A DNA stretch of 64,000 bases, taken from Gemmatimonadota bacterium. GTDB lineage: Bacteria; Gemmatimonadota; Gemmatimonadetes; Gemmatimonadales; GWC2-71-9. The stretch's first letter is position 1, and every line of letters begins with the position of its first letter. The position numbers were made by a program, and so were the translations under genes. A model generated the notes under the pieces. The model made no database searches. It saw only the letters and a program-made list of their open reading frames with translations, and was not told the DNA's origin. This document shows, in pieces, positions 36,950 to 46,300 of this stretch. Where the stretch lies: contig JANXXJ010000131.1 of assembly GCA_025350665.1 (NCBI GenBank), forward strand, positions 7,262 to 71,261. The letters run 5' to 3'.

Positions 36950-39874
36950 ATGGCGCAAGAGGCACGAACCGAAACGGCACCCCCCACCCCCTCCAAATCG
37001 GAGGCGAAGCGCCCGGCGAACCTCCGGCGCCGATTCCAGTTGCGGACCCTGCGCGACCGGCTGGTGGCCGCCGTAGTCGTTACCGGCGTGACGATCGCCC
37101 TCGGAGCGGCCTTCTTGCTCGGTCGCGCCGCGCTCGCCGTTCGTGATCTGGAACGCAACCAGTACGCTGGCATGGCTTCCGAAACCCGGATGCGCCTCGA
37201 TCGGCTGGTCAACCGCGATCGCTCGCGGTTGATCGAAGCCGCCTACTCGGACCAGCTCTACGCCCAAGTCGGTCGTGGCATCGCGCCTCCCGACTCCATG
37301 ATCCACCCGCCATTCGGCAATCAATTCCCCTCCCAGTTCGGAGACCGGTTCATCGCCGTCTACGACCTCGCCGGAAAGGCCCTGTACCGATGGACCGATG
37401 AGTCCCTGCCCGACGTCGAACACCTCGTCACCGGCAACGCCCTCTTTCGAATGCTCGACAATCGAGAGCCCACCATCGGCCTGGTCCGCAACGGCGAGGA
37501 GCTCTATTGGGTCGGGGGTGTCCCCGTCCTGCCGACCAATTTTACCGATCAGACCCAGCCGATTCGCGGCTATCTCGTCGTCGCCCAACGCTTCAATCCC
37601 GCCACGCTGGCCCCTGGCACCGGTGACCGCTCGGCTCGCTTCGAACTGGCTCCGCTCGCCAACTTGAAAACGCCGTTTCAGACCCGCGTCGACGCGGCTG
37701 GCAGTCGTGATAGTGTGCGCGTCACGTTCTCGCTCCCGGACGTCTTTGCTCAGCAAACGACGCTCGCCACGCTCACCACGGGCCGGGCCGAGTACCGAAC
37801 GATCGAATCGACCCTGCGCTGGCTGATGCTTGCGGCCGTGATCGGTGCTGCCGGGATCGCCGGCGGCCTGTTCGTCGCCGCCAGACGCTTCCTCGTCGAG
37901 CCGGTTTCTCGTCTGTCGGCGGCCATGGTCCCGTCCCAGAACAATCCATTCCCGTCGCTGATCGGTTCGGTCTCGACCGCCAAGGAATGGAACCGGCTGA
38001 CCGGCGCCATCAACCGGCTGTTGACCCACAGCCGAGGCAGTCAGGATCGGCTTGACCGCCTGACCGGGGTCACGGCGGACGGAGCGTTCGAACGGGACCT
38101 GAGCACCGGTGACTGGACCGTCAGTCCTCGATTCCGTCAAATGCTCGGCCTGGCAGGACCAGAGCCACTGCCTGCCGTCCTCGGCGAAAAACTCGCCCCG
38201 GACGAATCGATGAATGAGTTGATGGCCTGGCTCCAGGCGGAGTCCCCTGAGCCACGTTCGTTCGCGCGGACGATCATTCGCCGAGCCGGAGGCGAGCCCC
38301 TCCGGTTCGAAGCCACGGTCGGTACGGACACAGCCGGCGTACCCAACCGCATCACGGGACGGATCTCCGATCCAGGCGCGGAAGTCGCCTTGCAGGACAC
38401 GCTGGCCAAGGCTTCGGCCGAACGCGACGCCGGACGGGCTGCCCAGGGCCGCTTCCTCGCCGCGATCGCCGAATCGTGGGCCGCTAGGCCCACGCCACCC
38501 GCCGAAACCATCGAGCACCTCCGAACGATCGGCGCCGGGCTCGAAGGGACGCTCGCCGCCAAGGCCGAGGAATTCGACCTGTACGCGCTGCTCCAGGAGC
38601 TCGCGAACCTTGAGCCCGGCGCCGACCTGCGGATCGTACCGGGAGTTCCCGAGCAGGTCGCAGGCGATCGCCGGCTGCTGCGGTCAGCGATCCTGGCCTT
38701 CCTGGGCACCGCCGACCGAAGCACCCGGGCGGTCTTGCGAGCCGATCAGCCAAACCGACTCGCACCCGACCGCGTTCGAATTGCGGTCGAGGACCATCGG
38801 GTCATCCCGGTCGCTGAGGCGGCGGTGATCAGCCGCACCCTCGAGACCGGCGACGCCGGGGGGACGGATCCGCAGCTCGACTGGCGTGCCGTCCACTTCC
38901 TGGCCCAAGCCCTCGGTGGGACGGCCGCACTGACCATCGATGGCGACCTCGCGACCCGATCGCTCACGGTCCTTCTGCCTGAGGTGGCAGCAGCAGCGCC
39001 CGCTGCGCCGGAAACGGTCGACCCGGTAGCCGATCCCGTGTTGTGGGCCAGCGACAACGCCGACGCCACCTTTCAAGAACCGTCCCAGGGGTCCGATCGG
39101 CCGTCGCGGGCGGAACCCGTCATCCAACTGGTCGCCGACGCCACCGTCACGATCGATTTCGATCGCGACATGACCGTTGACGACGTCGCCATCGGCGCTC
39201 AATTCGCCGGCGACCTCGCAAAGGGAACGGATGACGCGGTCCGAACCGCCAGGATCGCTTTGGCCGAGATCCCGGCCCGTCTGCGCCAGCTGCGCGGCGG
39301 CGTCCAGGCGGGGGAAGCCCGCACCGCCATCGAGAACGCCATCGCCATCGAGCGCGTCGGTGTGCTCCTCGGCGCGACCGAACTGACGCATCGATGCCGC
39401 GATCTGATCGACGCTGCCGAGCACTCCTACCTCGACACGGCGGAGCAACTGCTGACAGGCCTCGACCAGGCCTGGAGTCGAACCGGTGATGCACTCGGCC
39501 CGATGTTCGCGTCGCCCGCGCCGGAATCGCCGGCCATTGACCCGGCCACGCTCGAACAATTGATGGCGTCGCTCGGCGAAGGCGCGCTCGGTACTCAGCT
39601 CGTCACGTTGTTCGTCGGCGAGGCCCCGGAACGAATCGAAGCCATCGGGCGCGCGGCGGCCGCAGGCAATCTGGTTGAAGTCGGCACCCTCGCCGAAGAC
39701 CTGAAGGGGATGTGTGGGCTCGTCGGCGCACTGCCGATGGCACGCCAGTGCGATCTGACCCGGTTGGCGAACGGCACCGGTGCTGTCGTCACCGCGGTCG
39801 GGGCCTTACGACACGAATGGGAACGAGTCCAGCGGGTACTGGATCAACTTACGAGCGCCCGGATTGGCGCCTGA
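36950..39874 (+). CDS. membrane sensor with degenerate histidine-kinase core (TM, CHASE4-like periplasmic domain, TM, HAMP-like, PAS, His-less DHp, degenerate HATPase, two His-less Hpt-like bundles)
   Basis: The start is ATG 36950, or alternatively 36884. The 36770 ATG lies in AT-rich sequence with atypical codons. TM1 is VAAVVVTGVTIALGAAFLLG. The periplasmic block ..IAVYDLAGKALY..ELYWVGGVPVLP..IRGYLVVAQRF is CHASE4-like. TM2 is LMLAAVIGAAGIAGGLFVAA. The PAS-like block is GAFERDLSTGDWTVSPRFRQMLGL. The H-box position reads GRFLAAIAESWAARPTP, with no His. Confidence 0.75.
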   Translation: MAQEARTETAPPTPSKSEAKRPANLRRRFQLRTLRDRLVAAVVVTGVTIALGAAFLLGRAALAVRDLERNQYAGMASETRMRLDRLVNRDRSRLIEAAYSDQLYAQVGRGIAPPDSMIHPPFGNQFPSQFGDRFIAVYDLAGKALYRWTDESLPDVEHLVTGNALFRMLDNREPTIGLVRNGEELYWVGGVPVLPTNFTDQTQPIRGYLVVAQRFNPATLAPGTGDRSARFELAPLANLKTPFQTRVDAAGSRDSVRVTFSLPDVFAQQTTLATLTTGRAEYRTIESTLRWLMLAAVIGAAGIAGGLFVAARRFLVEPVSRLSAAMVPSQNNPFPSLIGSVSTAKEWNRLTGAINRLLTHSRGSQDRLDRLTGVTADGAFERDLSTGDWTVSPRFRQMLGLAGPEPLPAVLGEKLAPDESMNELMAWLQAESPEPRSFARTIIRRAGGEPLRFEATVGTDTAGVPNRITGRISDPGAEVALQDTLAKASAERDAGRAAQGRFLAAIAESWAARPTPPAETIEHLRTIGAGLEGTLAAKAEEFDLYALLQELANLEPGADLRIVPGVPEQVAGDRRLLRSAILAFLGTADRSTRAVLRADQPNRLAPDRVRIAVEDHRVIPVAEAAVISRTLETGDAGGTDPQLDWRAVHFLAQALGGTAALTIDGDLATRSLTVLLPEVAAAAPAAPETVDPVADPVLWASDNADATFQEPSQGSDRPSRAEPVIQLVADATVTIDFDRDMTVDDVAIGAQFAGDLAKGTDDAVRTARIALAEIPARLRQLRGGVQAGEARTAIENAIAIERVGVLLGATELTHRCRDLIDAAEHSYLDTAEQLLTGLDQAWSRTGDALGPMFASPAPESPAIDPATLEQLMASLGEGALGTQLVTLFVGEAPERIEAIGRAAAAGNLVEVGTLAEDLKGMCGLVGALPMARQCDLTRLANGTGAVVTAVGALRHEWERVQRVLDQLTSARIGA

Positions 39875-39888
39875 CGGAAGCAACCACC

Positions 39889-42800
39889 ATGACTGACATC
39901 GAACGCGACTCGAAGCAGGCGACCCCCCGTCCGGGATCGACCCCGCAACGACCCGGAGTGAACGACTACCTGCTGGCGATGGGCCACGAGCTCCGGGCGC
40001 CGCTCAACGGCGTCATCGGCATGTCCGGACTCTTGCTGGACGGGGATCTGACGGCGCAGCAGCGGCAGTACGTCAAGAGCGTTCATTCCGCCGGCGAGAG
40101 CCTTGGCGCGATTCTCAACGACATCCTTGATCTGGCCCGGGTCGCTTCCTCCCGCCTGATCGTCGAGCCAATCCCCTATGATCTCAAATCGATGATCGAG
40201 GAAACCGCGAGCGTCCTGACCCCGCGAGCCGGCGAACGCGGTCTCGGCCTCCGCGTCGATCTCCGGCCCGAACTGCCCCGGCACGTGATCGGCGACCCGG
40301 GCCGGACCCGCCAAGTGCTCGGCAACCTCGTGGGCCACGCGGTCAACGCCACGAGTCAAGGTGAGATCGTCATCCGGGTCATGGCCGACGGCGAGAGTGG
40401 CGAGCACGCCTGGGTTCGATTCGTCGTCGAAGACACCGGCATCGGAATGTCCGCCGAGCGGTTGCAGCGGGTGTTCGATGAGTACGTCCAGGTCGATGCA
40501 TCGCCGTACCGATCGTTCGGCGTCACCGGCCTCGGGCTCCGCCTCTCGGCCGAACTGGTCCGCCTGATGGGCGGCGAGATCGGCGCCGAGAGTACGCCTG
40601 GAAAGGGCAGTCGGTTCTGGTTCACCCTTCCGCTCGTGGTCGCGGAACCGGCCGGCGGCCAGGCGCTTTCAAGTCGGAATCTGCTTCAGGGAGGGCGGGC
40701 CCTCATCGTCGAGGCCGATCCGGCCAGCCGGTCGCGCTTCGTTGAGCAATTCGACGCGGCCGACTGGGACGTCGCGTTTGTCGAGGATATCGACCGGGTG
40801 GTCGGCGAATTGCGCGAAGGCGCGGCCATCGGCAACCCGTACAACGCCTGCGTATTCTCGCACTACGCCGTCCGGCCGGTCCACGCGGAGATCGCGACCC
40901 GGCTCAAGGCCGACCCCGCGCTCGCGAAGGTCGCGCTGGTCATGATCACGGCGGTGGGCAGCCCGGGCGAAGGCAAGAAACTCTGGCATGCCGGGTTCAC
41001 GGCCTATCTTCGTCGCCCGGTTCCCGGTGAAGAAATCCGCGAGGCGCTTCAAGTCATCGAACGATCTGGACCCGATGGACGGGTGGACAACCTGGTGACC
41101 CGGCACTCACTCGCCGAGGCCCGGAACGCCCAGTCATTCGCGGTCGAAGGTATCGATCAGATGCTCGCCAGCCTCGGAACAGCGGAAGGCACCCGCCGGA
41201 CGCTCGTGATCCCGATCGCCGAACTCGGCACCGTATCCGAGCTGTTTGACCAGCGCGGGCTCGCGGCCGACACGGCGACGACGCTCGACCATGCACTCGC
41301 CCTGCTTGGTCAAGGCCGTTACGAATGCATCGTCCTCGACGTGAGGGGGCGGGCCGACCTGATCGGCGACGTGAAGTCGATTCGGGAGCGCCTGGCCGCG
41401 CAGGGCACGATCCCGATCGTCGCCGTTGCCGACGCCACGACCGACATCAACGCCCTGATCGGCATCGGCCTGGATGAGGTGTGGACCGCGCCGGTGGACG
41501 CCGAGCAGATTGACCGGGCACTGGCCCGCTGGCAGGAGGGCGGTCCGTCCCTTGAGATCGTCGCAGCCCCAGCAACCGAAACCGTGGAACCAGCCGTGGT
41601 CGCTGAGTCGGCGACGACAGTGGAACCGCCCGTCGAAGAACCTGCGTTGGTCGAGAGCCCGGTCGTGGCGGCGATCATCGAGCCACCGGTGCCGGAACCG
41701 GCAGCAGTGATCGAGAGCTGGCCGGCCGAAGCGGCCGCCGCCAAAGCCGCCCCCCGGTGGTTCACCGAAGTGCCGTTGTTCGCCGCGCCCGCGGCGGCGA
41801 CCCGGTCGCCGGACCCGGTCGCCGTGGTCGAGGCCCCCGCGCCTGTGGCGCCTGAGTGGGAGACGGTCGCCGCGGCGGAGCTGCCGGCGCTCACCCTGCC
41901 GGTGATCGAAGCACCGATCGTGGAGGCCATCGTGTTCGGGGCTCCCGCGGTGGAAGCAGCGGAGACGTCTCCCGTACCAACGGACGCGGCGCCGACGCCG
42001 CTCGACGGTCTGACGGACGCACAATGGGAGGCGCACGTCCCGGTTGCCGCCATCGATGGATTCCTCGCGACCGAGACGGACCAGATGTCCCCAGTCGCGG
42101 ACGCGATTATCGAAACGGTCGATGTCGCTCCGCCGGAAATCGTCCCAGGCGAGGCTCCAACTCCCGACGCCATCGTCGAGGCGATCGCCCTCGACTCGAT
42201 GATACCGATGGCGATCCCGGGCGAGCTGGCGGCCGATCTCGTGCCGCCCGCCGTGGACCCGGCCGAGCCGGCCATGGCACCAATCATCCTGCTGCAACCG
42301 GCGGCGGTCTTTGAGCCGGTGGCCGGGGTGGCGAACCCGGAGCCCGAACCGGTGGAGGTCACCCTTCTGGCCCCCGTCGAGGAGCCGGCCGTCGTGCCGG
42401 CCCTCAGTCAGGATCTCACAGCCTCAGGCGAGGCCGAGCTTGGTTTGACCGGCAACGAGCCTTCGGTTGAACCCAGGTCGGGACCTGCCGCACCGGCCGC
42501 GGAGCCGGACGCGTCGCTCGATGCCGTCAGCCCGGCGCTGCTCGAGCAGGCGCTTGCCGGCGGCGGGTTCTTCACCCAGTACCAGATCGCCAGTTTTTTG
42601 CGGGAAGTGCCATCGCGAATCACGGACATCGCGACGGCGGCCACCCGGGGCGACGGGGGCCGGGTCACGGAGCAGCTCACCCGCCTCCGACGCCTCGTGG
42701 CAGCCGTCGGCGCGACCCGGATCGACGCGGTCGCCGCACGCATGGAGGCTCTGGTGGCGGGTGAGCAGCTCGAAGCCGCGACGGCCCTGCTGGGTGGGAT

Positions 42801-43215
42801 CGAGCACGCCTTCCTCGACGCCCGCCAAGCCCTGGAATTGGCCTCACCGCACGGCCTGCCGACCGACGCGCCGGCGATTGGGATCAGTTTTGCCGAGCAG
42901 CTCTCGCCCGCAAAGGAGGGCGCTGCTCGCTCGCTGGCGCAGAAATTGGCCGCATCGTTCACCGCCGACGCGCCGAAACGACTTGCGGACCTGCGGCTCG
43001 CGGTCGCCGATGCGGATAGTGACGGGGTTCAGCGGGTGGCCCAGACCTTCAAGGGGATGTGCGGCTTGATCGGCGCCGAGTGGCTCGCCAAGCTGGTGGC
43101 GCTGGCCGAGGCGGATGCGCGGCTCAAGCGTGTCACCCACGCCGAACGGTATCTCGAGCACATCGACCTCGAGCTCGGGCGGGTACTCACGATGCTCGAA
43201 CGTCTCCAGGCCTGA
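39889..43215 (+). CDS. soluble histidine kinase (N-terminal HisKA and HATPase_c) with two degenerate receiver-like domains, a long P/E/V/A-rich linker and two His-less Hpt-like bundles
   Basis: ATG 39889, 14 nt after the upstream stop. The H-box is LLAMGHELRAPLNGVIGMSGLL. ATPase boxes are LGNLVGHAVNAT, VEDTGIGM and GLGLRLSAELVRLMGGEI. No TM or sensor domain precedes the H-box. Confidence 0.8.
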   Translation: MTDIERDSKQATPRPGSTPQRPGVNDYLLAMGHELRAPLNGVIGMSGLLLDGDLTAQQRQYVKSVHSAGESLGAILNDILDLARVASSRLIVEPIPYDLKSMIEETASVLTPRAGERGLGLRVDLRPELPRHVIGDPGRTRQVLGNLVGHAVNATSQGEIVIRVMADGESGEHAWVRFVVEDTGIGMSAERLQRVFDEYVQVDASPYRSFGVTGLGLRLSAELVRLMGGEIGAESTPGKGSRFWFTLPLVVAEPAGGQALSSRNLLQGGRALIVEADPASRSRFVEQFDAADWDVAFVEDIDRVVGELREGAAIGNPYNACVFSHYAVRPVHAEIATRLKADPALAKVALVMITAVGSPGEGKKLWHAGFTAYLRRPVPGEEIREALQVIERSGPDGRVDNLVTRHSLAEARNAQSFAVEGIDQMLASLGTAEGTRRTLVIPIAELGTVSELFDQRGLAADTATTLDHALALLGQGRYECIVLDVRGRADLIGDVKSIRERLAAQGTIPIVAVADATTDINALIGIGLDEVWTAPVDAEQIDRALARWQEGGPSLEIVAAPATETVEPAVVAESATTVEPPVEEPALVESPVVAAIIEPPVPEPAAVIESWPAEAAAAKAAPRWFTEVPLFAAPAAATRSPDPVAVVEAPAPVAPEWETVAAAELPALTLPVIEAPIVEAIVFGAPAVEAAETSPVPTDAAPTPLDGLTDAQWEAHVPVAAIDGFLATETDQMSPVADAIIETVDVAPPEIVPGEAPTPDAIVEAIALDSMIPMAIPGELAADLVPPAVDPAEPAMAPIILLQPAAVFEPVAGVANPEPEPVEVTLLAPVEEPAVVPALSQDLTASGEAELGLTGNEPSVEPRSGPAAPAAEPDASLDAVSPALLEQALAGGGFFTQYQIASFLREVPSRITDIATAATRGDGGRVTEQLTRLRRLVAAVGATRIDAVAARMEALVAGEQLEAATALLGGIEHAFLDARQALELASPHGLPTDAPAIGISFAEQLSPAKEGAARSLAQKLAASFTADAPKRLADLRLAVADADSDGVQRVAQTFKGMCGLIGAEWLAKLVALAEADARLKRVTHAERYLEHIDLELGRVLTMLERLQA

Positions 43216-43239
43216 CCGCCAGGCATCCGGATCGACGCC

Positions 43240-43276
43240 AACGGGGCGGCCGCGCGGGCCGCCCCGTTGTCTTTCC
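43240..43276 (+). terminator. candidate rho-independent terminator
   Basis: AACGGGGCGGCC-gcgcg-GGCCGCCCCGTT forms a perfect 12-bp stem with a 5-nt loop. It is followed by GTCTTTCC, 25 nt after the stop at 43215. Confidence 0.6.
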
Positions 43277-43370
43277 AGAGTGAAGGACTAGCCGAGCCCC
43301 GGGGAACGGTGTAGGGTAGTGGCAGCCCCCGTCCATAGTCGGCGGGGTCGCCTTCAGCGGAGAACCCACC

Positions 43371-46300
43371 GTGTCGATCCACCTCACGCCCAGTAGCGTT
43401 GCCACCCTGGCCATCCTTCTGGTTGGTTCCTCGGTTCAAGCACAGCGCAACCGTTCGACCGCGGCGCCGACGCCACTGGCTCCGGCTTTCAATGCCCTGC
43501 AGGGGCTCGAATGGCGCAACGTCGGACCGTTTCGGGGCGGGCGGGCCACGACGATTGCGGGCGTCGCCGGGCAACCGATGGTGTACTACATGGGCGCCAC
43601 CGGCGGCGGGATCTGGAAGACCACCGATGCCGGTGCCTCGTGGCGACCGATTGCCGACGGGCAGATCCAGATGGGCTCCGTCGGTTCGATAGCGGTCGCA
43701 CCCGACGACCCCAACGTGCTGTACGCCGGCATGGGGGAGGCGCCGGTCCGGGGCGTATCGTCCTCGTGGGGCGACGGGGTTTACAAATCGACGGACGCGG
43801 GAACGACCTGGCGACACATTGGGCTGGGACAGAGCCGGACCATTTCACGAGTGATTGTCCACCCGAAGAACGCGGAAATCGTTTACGTGGCCGCGCAGGG
43901 CAGCCGTTGGGGACCGAGTGCCGAACGCGGCGTCTACCGGAGCCAGGATGGTGGCAAGAGCTGGAATCTTCTGCTCAAAGGGGATTCGCTGACCGGTCCG
44001 AGCGACCTCGCCATGGACCCGACCAATCCCCGGATTCTCTACGCCGCGATGTGGGATGCGCAGCGCACGCCGTGGTACGCCCGGAGCGGCGGCCCCGGGA
44101 GCGGTATCTGGAAATCCAACGACGGTGGCGATACCTGGTCGCGCCTGACGAAGGGGCTGCCCGGGATCATGGGCAAGATCGGAGTGGCGGTGTCCGCCTC
44201 AAACCCGGCTCGGGTCTGGGCCAACATCGAAGCCGAGAACGGCGGTCTGTTCCGATCCGACGATGGAGGTCTGTCCTGGCAGCTGATCAACGGCGACCGA
44301 GTACTCCGCGCCCGGGCATGGTATTACACCAGGGTGACCGCGGATCCCAATAACGCTGACGTCGTCTATGTGATCAACGCGCCGGTGCTCAAATCGATCG
44401 ACGGCGGCAAGAGCTTCACACCACTGCCTGATCCCCATGGCGACAATCACGACCTCTGGATCAACCCGGCCAACTCGATGAATCTCGCCAAGGCCGATGA
44501 TGGCGGTGCGGTGATTTCATTTACCGGGGGGGCGCAATGGTCCTCGAACCAGAACCAGCCGACGGCCCAGTTCTATCGAGTCAGCGTGGATGACCGGTAC
44601 CCCTATTGGCTCTATAGCGGCCAGCAGGACAATTCATCCGTCGCCATCCCGAGCGCGACGGCCGGCCCGGGCATTCCCAACGAAGCCTTTCACGACGCGG
44701 GCGGATGCGAAAGCGCGCACGTGGCGTTCGACCCGGCCAATCCCCGATATCTCTACGCCAACTGCTATCACGGGATCCTCGGTGAGTACGATCAGGAGTT
44801 TCGGCTGGAACGCAACGTGATGGCGAACCCGATTCTGGGCCTGGCCGAACCTTCGGACCAACTCAAGTATCGCTGGAACTGGTCGAGCCCGATCATCACC
44901 TCGCCACACGACCGGACCGTGATCTACCACGGCGCGAACGTGCTGCTCAAGTCGAGTGACCGGGGCCAGAGCTGGACCGAGGTCAGCCCCGACCTGACCC
45001 GCAACGACAAGGCCCATCAGGGACTGGGTGGCGGGCCGATTACGAACGAGGGTGCCGGCGGCGAGGTCTATGGTACCATCTACTATATCGCGGAGTCGCC
45101 CCACGAGCCGGGTGTGATCTGGGTGGGCACCGATGACGGCCTGGTCCAGCTCACCCGGGATGGCGGCAAGACGTGGACCAACGTCACCCCGAAGGGCCTG
45201 CCTGAGTCCCTGGTCAACATGGTGGAAGTCTCGCCGTTCGATAAAGCCACGGCCTACGTCGCCGTCAGCCGGCACAAATGGAACGACAACGCGGCGTACA
45301 TCTTCCGGACCACCGACTACGGCGCGACCTGGACCCGCCTGATCGGCGGGCTGCCGGACGGCGACGTCGTGAGGGTGGTCCGGGAGGACCCGAAACGGCG
45401 AGGCCAGTTGTATGCCGGCACCGAGACCGGTTTCTGGATCTCGACCAATGATGGCGCCGACTGGCAACGGTTGCAGTTGAATCTGCCGCACGTGCCGATC
45501 ACTGACATCCGGATCCACCATGGAGATCTCGTGATCTCGACCGAAGGCCGAGCCTTCTGGATCCTCGACGACATCGCACCGATCCGCGAGATCTCGAGCG
45601 ACATCGCCCGGGCGGCGCTGCATCTCTTCCAGCCCAGGACCGCTGTCCGTTCGAATCTCGGCAGTGATGCCGCGGTCCCGGGCATGGGCCGGAATCCACC
45701 GCAAGGAGCCGTCTTCAGTTTCCTGATCCAAGCGGTGGACACTGCCACGGCGTCGAAGCTCGAGATTCTGGGACCGACCGGCGCAGCGATTCGGACCTAC
45801 TCGTCTACCGCCAAGCCGAATGAGGGGTCGAAGCTCGTCGTGAAGGCGGGCTTCAACCGGGTTGGGTGGGACCTCAAGGGCGAGGCACCGACCCGGGTGG
45901 CCGGGATTCTGGCAGGCGAGGGCGGCGGCCCCGGGGGCTACCGGGTCGCGCCCGGACACTATCAAGCCAGGCTGACGGTCGGAACCGAGAGTCGAACGGC
46001 GAGCTTCGACGTCGTCGCGGATCCACGGACCCATCCTTCCGAGGCCGACCTGCGCGGCCAGCAGGAATGGCTCGGCCGGATCTGGAATCGGGTCGACGAC
46101 ATCGATCGGAGGGCCGTGACGTTGCGCGGCGTCCGCGATCAGCTGAAGGCGCTGATCGACCGGACCCGGGAACCGACCGATTCGATCGTCGTGGCAGGCA
46201 AGGTCCTGGTCGCGGCGATCGATTCAATCGAAGCGGTCATGATCAGCACCAAGGCCAAGACGTTCCAGGACGTGATCAATTTCAGGCACGGCATTGCGGA

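Noticed and set aside
36830-38518. 562-aa minus-strand ORF.
   Set aside because: It is antisense to the sensor gene, which has TM, CHASE4-like and PAS features. The ORF has no recognisable domain.
41134-42362. Two long minus-strand ORFs (387 and 347 aa).
   Set aside because: They lie opposite the P/E/V/A-rich linker of the kinase. GC-rich low-complexity coding sequence yields open antisense frames with Gly/Arg/Ser-rich nonsense translations.
41560-42540. Repetitive nucleotide texture that might suggest a repeat array or CRISPR.
   Set aside because: The units are short, imperfect and in-frame codon-level repeats (VE.P) inside a continuous ORF. There is no repeat-spacer periodicity and no cas genes.
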